DNA of 64,000 nt from an uncultured bacterium (GCA_963736115.1 CAVTNR010000008.1:32001-96000); one strand, 5' to 3'; positions 9,434 through 18,896 are shown, counted from the first letter of the stretch. Notes: generated by a model from the sequence alone, not told the origin. Numbers and translations are program-made.

Positions 9434-9734
9434 TGTCATCCCCTCAGTTTTCAGGCGGGATGTCATCCCCTCAGTTTTCAGGCGGGATGTCATCCCCGCA
9501 GTTTTAAGGCGGGAAGTCATCCCCTCAGTTTTCAGGCGGGAAGTCATCCCCTCAGTTTTCAGGCGGGAAGTCATCCCCTCAGTTTTCAGGCGGGATGTCA
9601 TCCCCGGATTCTTCAGGCAGGATGTCATCCCCGGATTCTTCAGGCAGGATGTCATCCCCGCAGTTTTAAGGCGGGATGTCATCCCCTCAGTTTTCAGGCA
9701 GGATGTCATCCCCGAGTTCTTCTGTCGGGGATCC
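9434..9734 (+). repeat. Tandem array of 11 palindromic units (ten 27 bp + terminal 31 bp)
   Basis: Units start at 9434, 9461, 9488, 9515, 9542, 9569, 9596, 9623, 9650, 9677, 9704; consensus TGTCATCCCCtcAGTTTTCAGGCGGGA. Confidence 0.97.
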
Positions 9735-9759
9735 GGGCCGGTCCGATGTATCAGGAAGG

Positions 9760-10641
9760 TCACGAAGAAATTCCGTTCATCCTCTCCAAGACCTTGTACA
9801 GCGCCTGTGTGCCGAGCCGGTCGTATCCCATTTCCATGGCCGCGCTGTAAAGCTGGTTCGCGAGCACGAGCCCCGGAAGAGCCAGGTTCATCCTGCGCGC
9901 CTCCTCGAGCGCAATGCCCATGTCCTTCACGAAGTGCCGGATGAAGAATCCGGGATCGAAATTTCCGGCCGTGATGCGGCGGCCGAGGTTGTTCAGGGAC
10001 CAGGACGCGGCCGCGCCTTTGCCGATCACGTCGATCACCGCGTCCGGCCCGAGGCCCGCTTTCACGGCGTACAGCAGGGACTCAACCGTGCCGACCATGG
10101 TGGAGGCGATGAGAATCTGATTGGACATTTTGGTGTGCTGGCCCTTGCCCGGTCCGCCCATGAGGCTGATTGTCTCGCCCATGATCTGAAAGAGAGGCAG
10201 TACGGATTCAAACGCCTCCCTGTCCCCGCCGGCCATGATCGCGAGCTTTCCGGTTCTCGCGCCGACATCGCCGCCGGACACGGGCGCGTCGAGCGCTGCG
10301 ACGCCCCTGGTCGCGGCTTCCTGGTGAATGCGTTCCGCGAGGGACGGCTTGGACGTGGTCATGTCCACCACGACACTGCCCTTTTTCGCGCCCGCCAGGA
10401 GTCCCCTTTCCCCGAGAAAAACCTTCTCCACGTCCGCGGGATACCCGACGATGGCGAAGGAAATGTCCGAGGCTTCCGAAACCGTTTGGGGGTCGTCGCA
10501 CCAGACCGCGCCTTTTTCAACGAGCGGATCGGCTTTGGACCGGGTTCGGTTGTGGACCCGCACCGGGTATCCCTTCTCCAGTATCCGTCCCGCCATGGAA
10601 AGACCCATGACGCCGGTGCCCACCCAGCCGACGGTTTTCAT
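9760..10641 (-). CDS. NAD(P)-dependent beta-hydroxyacid dehydrogenase (3-hydroxyisobutyrate / 2-hydroxy-3-oxopropionate reductase family)
   Basis: VGWVGTGVMG Rossmann motif, LDAPVSGG, GQHTKMSNQ, HFVKDMGIAL. Confidence 0.92.
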   Translation of the reverse strand: MKTVGWVGTGVMGLSMAGRILEKGYPVRVHNRTRSKADPLVEKGAVWCDDPQTVSEASDISFAIVGYPADVEKVFLGERGLLAGAKKGSVVVDMTTSKPSLAERIHQEAATRGVAALDAPVSGGDVGARTGKLAIMAGGDREAFESVLPLFQIMGETISLMGGPGKGQHTKMSNQILIASTMVGTVESLLYAVKAGLGPDAVIDVIGKGAAASWSLNNLGRRITAGNFDPGFFIRHFVKDMGIALEEARRMNLALPGLVLANQLYSAAMEMGYDRLGTQALYKVLERMNGISS

Positions 10642-12052
10642 TTTTCGCGGACTCCCTTCTTTTCGCGGGCCATGAGGATGAAATAAACCGGAAGGCCCAG
10701 GCAGACGATGCACAATCCCATGAGCGAATCCCTCGGATCCGAGATGAGTGTGTTCACCACGAAAGCGGCCGCAACCAGAATGAAAGCGGCGGGGACGACC
10801 GGATAGCCCCAGGTCCGCACGGGCCGGGCCGCGTCCGGACGCTTCCGCCTCAGGACGAACACCGCCGATGCGGTCAGGCCGTAGAAAATCCAGGCGGCGA
10901 ATATCACGTAGGTGAACAGCTGGTCAAACCGTCCGGACAGGGTCAGGACGGCAGGCCCAGACCGCCTGCACGAGTATGGACACATGCGGCGTGCGGAAAC
11001 GCGGGTGCACGTCCGCCAGGCGGCTGAAGAAGACGCCGTCCTTTGCCATGGCATAGGTGACACGCGGGCCCGAGAGCACCATGCCGTTCACGGTTCCGAA
11101 TGTCGAGACCAGAACGGCCGCGGATACGATGCCGCCGCCCGCGGGGCCCATGAATGACGGACGCCGCGTCCGCGGCGACCAGGCGGGACGCGGCGATGTC
11201 CCGGAGCGGAAGCGCGTACGCATAGGCCGCGTTGGCCGCGAGATAGAGCGCCAGAACGATGACGCTTCCCGCGGCCAGGGCCAGGGGCACGTTCTTTTTC
11301 GGATCGATCACCTCTCCGGCCATGTAGGTGGTGTTGTTCCAACCGTCGTAGGACCAGAGCGCGGCCACCATGGCGAGACCGAAGGCCTTGAACAGGTCCG
11401 CGCCTCCGACTTCGGGCCACAGAGGACGGAACACGCCTTGCGGGGGTTCGGCAAAAGCGAAAATGGCGATGATGAGACCGACGAGGGCGCCGACCTTCAG
11501 GAAGGTGAACACGTTCTGCACCCAGCCTCCGGCCTTGACTCCGACCGCGTTCACTGCCGAGAGCAGAAGAATGCAGGCGATGGCAACGAGCTTGACGCCG
11601 ATCTCAGGGATCGTCACACCCAGGGGATGAACGGACGCGTGATACGCGGTCTGCAGGCCTGAGGGGACGAAATAACCGACGTACATGGCGAATGCCACGG
11701 CCACGGCCGCGATGGATCCGGCCTTCACGACCAGGAACTCCGTCCACCCGAACAGGAAAGCCGGAAACCGGCCGAAGGCTTCGCGCAGGTAGGCGTACTG
11801 TCCGCCCGCGTCCGGAATCATGCCCCCGAGTTCGGCATAGGACAGGGCGCCGGCCCAGGACAGCAGGCCCGCGACGGTCCACACGAGAACAATGGCGAGA
11901 AAGCCGGGCAATTGACCGGCAATGGTGTTGGGAACGAGGAATATGCCGGACCCCACCACGGAGCCCACGAACACGGCCACCGTGGCCACGGGGCCCAGGG
12001 CGCGGAGTAGGGTGGGGGGAGGCGGATCGGGCCTACGACCGGGAGGGTTCAT
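10638..12052 (-). CDS. APC-family amino acid permease (two apparent frameshifts near 11155 and 10950)
   Basis: VGSVVGSGIF, YAELG...P.AGG.Y.YL, LWSYDGW, GPRVTYAMAKDG, RPVRTWGYP distributed over three frames. Confidence 0.85.
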
Positions 12053-12059
12053 GGCGTAT

Positions 12060-12088
12060 AATATAGGAACTCCGCGGGCATTTTACAA
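12060..12088 (-). promoter_or_regulatory. sigma70-type promoter, probably giving a leaderless permease mRNA
   Basis: TTGTAA-N17-TATATT ending 7 nt before ATG 12052; no SD. Confidence 0.55.
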
Positions 12089-12131
12089 GAGCGGACCTCC
12101 AGAAGGTCCCCAACCCTTCGGGAGGTCCGTC
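12088..12131. repeat. Palindromic element, inverted partner of 15778-15818
   Basis: agagcggacct...ccttcgggaggtccgtc; both ends identical to the reverse complement of 15778-15818. Confidence 0.8.
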
Positions 12132-12141
12132 AGTGTAAATG

Positions 12142-13194
12142 TTATTGTTTGAACCGCAGATAGATTCCGAGCCGCGCGGGCGCGGATCTTTCGTCCATGC
12201 ACGAGTAACCGGATTCCAGGACCGCCCCGCCGGCCAAAGATCTGGCGAACCCCAATCCGAAAGTCGGCACTCTTTCTTCGCGCAGGAAGGCGGCACGGAG
12301 TCCGCCTCTGAATTGGATGTGATAGCTTCTTGAAATAGGCGCCCTGTACTCGAATCCCACGTTGACCGCGGACGTGCGAAGGTAATTCCAGGAGTAATAA
12401 TCATCCCAGGAGTTGTAATCAAAATCGAACACAACCGCTTCCACCGCAAGCGTGAACCGCCGGACATCGGAGACGGCAGGGATGAGGGATGCTCCGATCC
12501 GGAACGCCGTGGGCGCATCCAGAAACGTGCCGTAATGCCGGCCGGAACCGGGGATATTACGAATCGGAACAGCCTCCTTGTTGGTCAGGGAAGCGCCGAG
12601 AATGAGGCCTTTCCCGGGACGAGTTGTTTTGGAAAGGTCCTTTTTCATGAGGAGAAGCCCGGCATCCCAGAAATACCCGTGAATCGGTGTCCCGAAATAT
12701 TCAGAGGATACGGCTTTCAGGGTGACGCCAAGTGCCATCCAGGATCCGAAATTCCGGCCGACAGTCACGGAAAAAGTCCAGTCGTTATACATGGGATGAT
12801 TGAACCAATTATCCCAATTCTTCAGATTCATCCTGAAGTAATGAACGCCGGCGGCAACGAATCCCAGTTTTGGAATTGGATGCCCGGTTTGGAACGAAAA
12901 ACGGGTGAGCGGATCCGATGTGATCCGGCCCGACACGGATGTTTCGAAGCGAGCCATCAGTCCCGCATGAGCCGGATTACCGCTCAACGACAACAGGCCG
13001 TTCGGGAGCGCGGATTGGGCGTCTCCCATGGCGTCTGACGGGCCGGAAGGGCCATAGATCAGGTACGGGGCCAACAGAACAAAGGAGGGTCCGGGCTCCG
13101 AGACTGAATCCCCCAGCAGGGGTGGCGAGACGGTCATCAGACTCACAGCAACCGGGAGAGTCCGGATGAAAAACAGGCGGCGGTTTCGCGACAT
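12142..13194 (-). CDS. PorV/PorQ-like (UPF0164) outer-membrane beta-barrel protein, paralog 1
   Basis: Signal peptide; AMGDAQSA...GNPAHAG resembles the UPF0164 AMG.A....NPAG motif; alternating beta-strand pattern, WDAGLL. Confidence 0.65.
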   Translation of the reverse strand: MSRNRRLFFIRTLPVAVSLMTVSPPLLGDSVSEPGPSFVLLAPYLIYGPSGPSDAMGDAQSALPNGLLSLSGNPAHAGLMARFETSVSGRITSDPLTRFSFQTGHPIPKLGFVAAGVHYFRMNLKNWDNWFNHPMYNDWTFSVTVGRNFGSWMALGVTLKAVSSEYFGTPIHGYFWDAGLLLMKKDLSKTTRPGKGLILGASLTNKEAVPIRNIPGSGRHYGTFLDAPTAFRIGASLIPAVSDVRRFTLAVEAVVFDFDYNSWDDYYSWNYLRTSAVNVGFEYRAPISRSYHIQFRGGLRAAFLREERVPTFGLGFARSLAGGAVLESGYSCMDERSAPARLGIYLRFKQ

Positions 13195-13318
13195 GGGACC
13201 TCCTCTTCCCGGGATGAAACAGGATCGTCCGGTTTTCCATATTCGTGGCGATCATTCTTTACCGATTGCAGCGCCAGAAAAAGCCTGGAAACCGGGGATT
13301 AGCCGGATCGCAGACAAA

Positions 13319-14316
13319 TTATCGCATGAACCGGAGGTACAGTCCGACCAGTCTGGAATAGGTTGTCTCATCTGCTATGGAACAACCCGCTTCAAATCGG
13401 TTGGCAAGGGAAAAAGCCAGGCCCAGGCTCAGATCGTTCCTTGAGGGGTTGTGCCGGATCCCGGCGCGGATAATGAGGTGTCTGGTGGATCGGATGCGCA
13501 CCCTGTCCTCCAATCCGTAATGGACGGACTTCCCGGCTTGCTCGGGCCGGACGATATCACAGGCAAAGGTCAACCGGTTGGTCTCCGTGACACGGGGATA
13601 AAAGAAAACCCGGTTCGGAGGACGGATGGAATACGATATCGCTGGGTCTCATAATCGTATTCGAATTCTATTTGCTTGATCATGAGATTCGCTTTGCTGA
13701 TTCCGATTTTCAGGCCGTCTTCCGGATTGCCCGTAGACGACCCGATACCGGGCATGAAAAGCAGACCCGCGTCACAGACTGTGCCCTGACCGTCGTCGAA
13801 ATAATCGTCGATCCAGATCCACTTGACCGCCGCGCCGACAGCAACCCACGGCCCGAACCGGCGGGCGAAAGTTGCCGAAAGAATGCGATTGTCCATTGAA
13901 TATGCAGAACACTCATACGAGTCATCTTCATACCAGTCGCCTCCAATATGAGTGAATCCAAGGGATAGAGCGCCGATCCGGGAGTTGTTGACTCCGGTCA
14001 GAATCGATAATACACCAAAGTCGTACCTCAGCATGACTTACACGGCAAGGAAAATTCAAACCTGACGAATCATGGCCGCATGGGCGGGGTTTGATGTCAA
14101 TGACATCAAACCATTCGGAACTGCGGTTTGAGCGTCTCCCATGGCGTTGGCGGGACCGACGATATCTATTTGTGAAGTGACGGGATAAGGGAGTGTCTCA
14201 GTCATTCCGGCGGAGTCTTTCGCGTGCAGCCGGGATTCCGGGAACCCGGAGTGAAAGGTATGGAATAATAACAGGAAAACAGTCATCCGGAACGGGTATC
14301 TATTTTGAATTGTCAT
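13319..14316 (-). pseudogene. PorV-like paralog 2, split into three frames
   Basis: AMGDAQTAVPNGLMSLTSNPAHAA (14056-14316), CDAGLL/GLKIG (13570-14034), GLEDR (13319-13573); may be sequencing error. Confidence 0.6.
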
Positions 14317-14385
14317 GTCCGTTATCCTTTCATGGATGGATATTTTCGATGGGAACCGGAGCCGTGGAGCCCCGGGCCACGGCGC

Positions 14386-15401
14386 TCACCGGTAGAGCCG
14401 CAGGTAAAGGCCGTGCCGGTCCGGCGTTAAGGATTCCTCCATCCATGAATACCCCGCTTCGCAACGGGTACTTTTACGCCTGGAGGACCAGAACAGTCCC
14501 AGGCCGGCGGTCATCTCGTTCCCGTATGACCGGGTCCGCACGCCGGTACGGACCGCGATTCCCGTCGATCCGCGGACACGTATTCTGTCTTCGGCTCCGA
14601 AATTATAGGACTCGTAATCATCTTTGGGATGCACGGCGTCAAAGGCGAGGGTCAGGCGGTTGGACGTCCGTTGCGACCGGTACGACGGAGAGGCCGACGC
14701 GGAGGACCGAGGGGAAATCAATGGAAGGGTAATAATCCCACAACTCATTGATCATATAATCCAACTCATTGTGCACACGACCCAAGCCTCCGATTGGCCA
14801 GACTGGCGCCTATTTTGAGGCCGTCTTCCCGTTTCCGTTTTCCCGTGCGGGACAGGATATTCGGAAGCATGAGGACTCCGGCGTCCCATGCCGCGCCACG
14901 TGTGTCTGCTCCGGGATCGTCGATCCAAATTCCTTTCAATGAAATTCCTGCGGCGATGCACCTTCCGAACATGCGGCCGTACGTGAGGGACGCTGACCAA
15001 TCATTGTAATATTGATGCAGGTCTCCGGACACTGTAAGGCCCAGGGCCAGACCGCCCAGACGGGGAACCCCATATCCGGTTCTCAGCATCAGCGTTCGAT
15101 CCAGGTCGTTCACCAACTGGCCGGCTGTACAAGCCTCGAGTCCACCGATCAAGGCCGCATGCGCCGGATTGCCGTCCAAGGTCATCAGACCGTAAGGGAC
15201 CGCGGCTTGCGCGTCGGCCATGGCTTCGGTCGGGCCTCCGATTCCCTCGGTCAGAAAATGGCCGATTGTCCAGCCGGTCTTGAATATTTTTGGCACATAT
15301 TCCGACTCCGTTCCGAAGAGCCGCCGGAAAGGCAGTGCTGTCAGGCAGAGGATGGCAGAGGAAAAGCAGTTGTTTACGGGGATGAAACGGGGTTCGAGCA
15401 T
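14386..15401 (-). pseudogene. PorV-like paralog 3, frameshifted near 14770
   Basis: GGAGG RBS + MLEPRF; AMADAQAAVPYGL..DGNPAHAA, WDAGVL; C-terminus EAGYSWMEE...GLYLR matches paralog 1. Confidence 0.6.
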
Positions 15402-15589
15402 GGCGCCCTCCTCTGGTGATGGATGGTTCCGGACACCGCAGTCCGTCCTCCGATCTGTCGGGGACGAACGGCGTAAACCTGAAGCGTGAAAGTCAGAACG
15501 CATCGGGTCCGTTACCAAAGGGCGCGGCAATCCTCCCCGCCTGGCGGCGTTATCGGATCGGAGAATACGGATTTGAAAGAAGGGCACAA

Positions 15590-15622
15590 AAAAGCCCAAT
15601 CCTTCAAAGGATCGGGTCCGGC
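15590..15622 (-). terminator. Intrinsic terminator within the 5' leader of the PorV-like cluster
   Basis: cccgatcc-tttgaa-ggattggg-c-tttttt on minus strand, about 190 nt upstream of ATG 15401. Confidence 0.6.
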
Positions 15623-15740
15623 GGGATTTCGTTCACGATTCGGCGCATCCCTTCCCTGAAGGGGCGGATGCGGATGACAGTGTCACCGGACCGTTAACGA
15701 AAAAGTATGAGGAACTCCTGATTGAGAAAGACGATGCAGT

Positions 15741-15769
15741 AATATAATATCGATATGCATACTTGTCAA
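15741..15769 (-). promoter_or_regulatory. sigma70 promoter for leader / PorV-like cluster
   Basis: TTGACA-N17-TATATT on minus strand. Confidence 0.7.
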
Positions 15770-15777
15770 GGAATAAA

Positions 15778-15818
15778 GACGGACCTCCCGAAGGCCCCAC
15801 CTCCGGAAGGTCCGCTCT
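15778..15818. repeat. Palindromic element, inverted partner of 12088-12131
   Basis: gacggacctcccgaagg...aggtccgctct. Confidence 0.8.
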
Positions 15819-15899
15819 GCCCGACCTAAAGCCTGATTTTTATCTATATCAAGCCCCGGAAAAAAATTCCCTGTAAAATCAAAATTTTTCTAAAAACAC

Positions 15900-15928
15900 T
15901 TGCTTTTTATTTTTAAACTATATATATT
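15900..15928 (+). promoter_or_regulatory. sigma70 promoter of cold-shock gene with about 220 nt 5' UTR
   Basis: TTGCTT-N17-TATATT in AT-rich tract; long UTR is typical of csp genes. Confidence 0.55.
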
Positions 15929-16153
15929 AATACCAACAAACACAACTGTACACCGTTGTTTTGCATGAGCGTCTGTAAGATCGGTTGAGCGGTCATCAAT
16001 TTGCACCGTATTACATCGTCAACAGAGTCAGCCCCATCGCAACACGGAAAGATCAGTGTCGCGATTTTTCATTTATAGGGGTCAGCGGGCAACCGGTTAC
16101 AGGATCGCCTCTGCCGAATGCAGAGAAAAGAACAAGTTGAAAGGAACAGGTCC

Positions 16154-16354
16154 ATGGAAAAGGGAACCGTTAAGTGGTTCAACCGGACCAAAGGCTATGG
16201 TTTCATCAAGCGCGCCGAGGGCGAGGACGTTTTCGTCCATTTTAAAGCCATCGTGGGCGACGGATTCAAGGAGCTCCATGAAGGAGACACCGTTGAATTC
16301 GACGTTGAAAAAGGCCCCAAGGGTCTCCAGGCCGCCAACGTGCGCGTAGTGTAA
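16154..16354 (+). CDS. cspA: Cold-shock protein (CspA family)
   Basis: [29 protein letters not shown]. Confidence 0.97.
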   Translation: MEKGTVKWFNRTKGYGFIKRAEGEDVFVHFKAIVGDGFKELHEGDTVEFDVEKGPKGLQAANVRVV

Positions 16355-16373
16355 CGACTGCCCGCAAACTCCA

Positions 16374-16409
16374 TCCCGGTTCCGCGCAAGCGGGACCGGG
16401 ATTTTTTTT
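16374..16409 (+). terminator. Intrinsic terminator of csp gene
   Basis: atcccggttccgc-gcaa-gcgggaccgggat + T run. Confidence 0.85.
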
Positions 16410-16495
16410 GCCCATACAAAAATTCGACCCCGGGATCGGATTCCATGAAAAAAAACGGTAACCTTCTCTGAGAAGGTTACCGTTTTTTATAAGGT

Positions 16496-16641
16496 CGTCA
16501 TTGCGAGGAGCCCTGCCCAGGAACAAGTCCGGGGCAGGGCGACGCGGCAATCTCCCATTAAGCCGGATCAATATGGGATTGCTTCGCCCCGCCTTTTGGG
16601 CTTGACCCGGGCCTGATCAGTGGCGGGGCTCGCAAAGACAG
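16496..16641. repeat. CGTCATTGCGAG-type palindromic element
   Basis: cgtcattgcgag...gcggcaatctcc / gggattgcttcg...ctcgcaaagacag nested inverted arms. Confidence 0.7.
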
Positions 16642-16675
16642 AGTCACAACCCACTCGTAAACCGAGCTCCTGTAC

Positions 16676-17154
16676 TTATTCCTTCGATATCTCCTCCGCA
16701 AACCGCGAGATAGCGGCCTCATCGATATTCGACACCGACTTGTCCGTCTTGGCGATTTTCTTGACGATCGCTTTTGTGACAAAATTCATCTTCTCGAAAT
16801 TGAACCCGCCGCCGAACAACCCGACAGCCGAGGCCTTTTGACGGACGTCTTCCGGGAACACGGCGTCGAATTCCTTCCGCGCGTTTTCCCGGTTTCCATG
16901 CAGCTGATGAAAAGGCCGAACTTTTTCCCGAGCAGGACGTCCCGGTTGGCGTCGATGAACCTGCGGACCGTGCCCTGGATGCGGCCTGCGTGTATCGATC
17001 CGCCGATCACGATACGGTCATAGGAGGCGAGGTCCATGCGGGGCTTGTCCTTCAGGTTGAACCGGTGGACTTCGCCGTTCAGTTTTGCCGCGAGTTTTCC
17101 GGCGCATGTTTCGGCGCAACCGTGCGTGGACGCGAAGACGATGGCGGTTTTCAT
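16676..17154 (-). CDS. Flavodoxin (HemG-like, Flavodoxin_5), frameshifted near 16880
   Basis: FASTHGCAE FMN loop, YDRIVIGGSIHAG, GLFISCM; C-terminus FGGGFNFEKMNF in second frame. Confidence 0.8.
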
Positions 17155-17555
17155 CTTTCTGTCTCCTTCCCGGCAGACGAATCGGCCTGGGACCGCGATT
17201 GGACAAGGGCCGCTTCAACCGCGTTCATGATGACATTGCTGGTGTTCGTGGCGCCGGATACCGCGTCCACTGAAGTCGATTGCTTCTCCACGATCCGGGC
17301 CGGAATGACCGCGTCCGCCTTGTGGCCTTTCCATGCATCGCTTTCAAGGAGCTTGACCTGGGTGATATTCTGATCGCGGATGGTCACTTCAACAACGGCC
17401 TTGTTCGGCCCGGCTTTGGATTCGCCGCGGAAAACGCCGTCCGCCAGACGCGATCCGTCCACCGGGCCTCCGGTCACAACAGCGCTCTTGCATCCAAGCA
17501 TGAGAGTGGATAGGACGGACAGAACACACGCTGAAACGAGTATTTTACGGCCCAT
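17151..17555 (-). CDS. FMN-binding domain lipoprotein
   Basis: Lipobox LMLGC; DGVFRG; VDAVSGATNTS flavinylation motif. Confidence 0.88.
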   Translation of the reverse strand: MGRKILVSACVLSVLSTLMLGCKSAVVTGGPVDGSRLADGVFRGESKAGPNKAVVEVTIRDQNITQVKLLESDAWKGHKADAVIPARIVEKQSTSVDAVSGATNTSNVIMNAVEAALVQSRSQADSSAGKETER

Positions 17556-17652
17556 TTATGTGACTCCCTGTTTTTATTGAGTTTTATCAAGTCTCCTAAG
17601 ATAATACGAAATCAGGTTTTAAAGGTTACGCTGGAAGTATCAAAAAAAGAAC

Positions 17653-17707
17653 TTGACTCCAGGCAACTTTTTTACTTAATTACGGTAAACAAGTTTGTAA
17701 TGCAAAC
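17653..17707 (+). promoter_or_regulatory. Promoter and palindromic operator GTTTG-N5-CAAAC
   Basis: TTGACT at 17653; gtttgtaatgcaaac at 17693-17707 upstream of an operon that contains a wHTH regulator. Confidence 0.45.
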
Positions 17708-17744
17708 CAAAAATGATTGTCCGATACCAGTCAAGGAGAATGGC

Positions 17745-18342
17745 ATGAACACGCAACCGGACCTGAAAACCATCCGGCGCAGGGCCTATCTGGCCAACCA
17801 TGAGGATGGCCTCATCGAGATCGGGCTGGGAACGGTCTTTCTTCTGTTCGGTCTGATCCAATGGCTGGGCAGGCCACAACTGGGCGGTGTCTGCTGGATG
17901 CCGGCCCTGCTCATCGCGCCCATGAAGCGGATGATCACAGCGCCCAGAATCGGCACGGTCCGGTTCGGCGCCAGAGGGGAGCTTTTCACGGTCAAGCTGG
18001 CCCTCATCCTGTTCGTTCTGGCCGTGGTCGGTTTCATCATCGCGGTCTCTCTCCTGCATTCCGAAACACTCGATGCATGGACGCGCAGGTACTTCGCGAT
18101 CTGCCTTCGGCTTTTCACTTGCCCTGGTTCCGCTCGCCGGTGCGATCGGGCTCGGTGTCCGGCGATACTACGGATACGCGGTCCTCATGGTCGCGTGCTT
18201 TTCTCTGCTCAGCGTGTGGCGGGAGGGACTGGCCGCGGTTTTTCTCGTGATCGGAAGCGTTGTCACGTTCACGGGAATTTTTGTGCTGATCCGATTTCTG
18301 CGGAACAACCCGGTCCGCGAAACGGAGGAACCTCATGGCTGA
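17745..18342 (+). CDS. Hypothetical integral membrane protein (frameshift near 18100)
   Basis: GGAG RBS; EDGL.EI..G and IT.PR.G.V motifs, about 6 TM helices across two frames; overlaps downstream regulator start. Confidence 0.65.
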
Positions 18343-18652
18343 ACCCGTGAAGAAGGAAAGGCCGGTGAAAGGCGCGGAACTGGACCGTCTCATTCATGAA
18401 CCGAGCCGGTATCACATCATGGCCGTGCTGACCGTCGCGGCGAGCGCGGACTTTCTCTTCCTCGAGCGCCAGACGGGATTGACACGGGGAAACCTCTCGT
18501 CGCACCTGAGCAAGCTGGAAGCGGCTGGCTATATCCAGATCGACAAGGAATTCGCGGACAAAAAGCCGCATACCATGCTGGCATTGACCAAAGAGGGGAC
18601 GAAGGCCTTCGAGGAGTACCGTAAGCGGATGAAGGAGATGCTGGATGTGTGA
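18335..18652 (+). CDS. Winged-helix transcriptional regulator (HTH_34 / MarR-ArsR like)
   Basis: LDRLIHEP.R..IM..L, T.GNLSSHL.KLE.AGYI, KKP.T...LT..G. Confidence 0.9.
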   Translation: MAEPVKKERPVKGAELDRLIHEPSRYHIMAVLTVAASADFLFLERQTGLTRGNLSSHLSKLEAAGYIQIDKEFADKKPHTMLALTKEGTKAFEEYRKRMKEMLDV

Positions 18653-18677
18653 GGATGCGGATCCCGGCCGTCACGGT

Positions 18678-18896
18678 ATGCCGGGATCTGAAAGGATTTT
18701 GAGCCGCAGGCAGGCGGAACGTCTTTTCAATCGCGCGGCACCGGTTTTATCCGGGCTGGAACAGGATGCCGGTATATTGACGATACGGCTGGTTTTCGGG
18801 AATGGGCAGGTGCTGTGTCTCCATTACGACACCCGGACCCATCGGAAGAAATACGAGTGGACGAAGAGATCGTCCTGTTGCGTAACGTCAGGATAA
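18678..18896 (+). CDS. Hypothetical small protein
   Basis: Protein-like ORF continuing the operon and ending at a hairpin; no motif recognised. Confidence 0.35.
   Translation: MPGSERILSRRQAERLFNRAAPVLSGLEQDAGILTIRLVFGNGQVLCLHYDTRTHRKKYEWTKRSSCCVTSG

Noticed and set aside
9434-9734. CRISPR array
   Set aside because: Units are contiguous 27-mers with only a few recurring loop variants; no unique spacers and no cas genes
9359-9944. Repeat-peptide ORFs (GMTSRLKTE, VIPSVFRRD, CHPLSFQAG)
   Set aside because: Open only because the 27-bp period is a multiple of 3; no RBS and they occur in several frames
15700-15730. Fluoride riboswitch (ggagttcctc)
   Set aside because: Lacks the GATGG core and the 3' pseudoknot half
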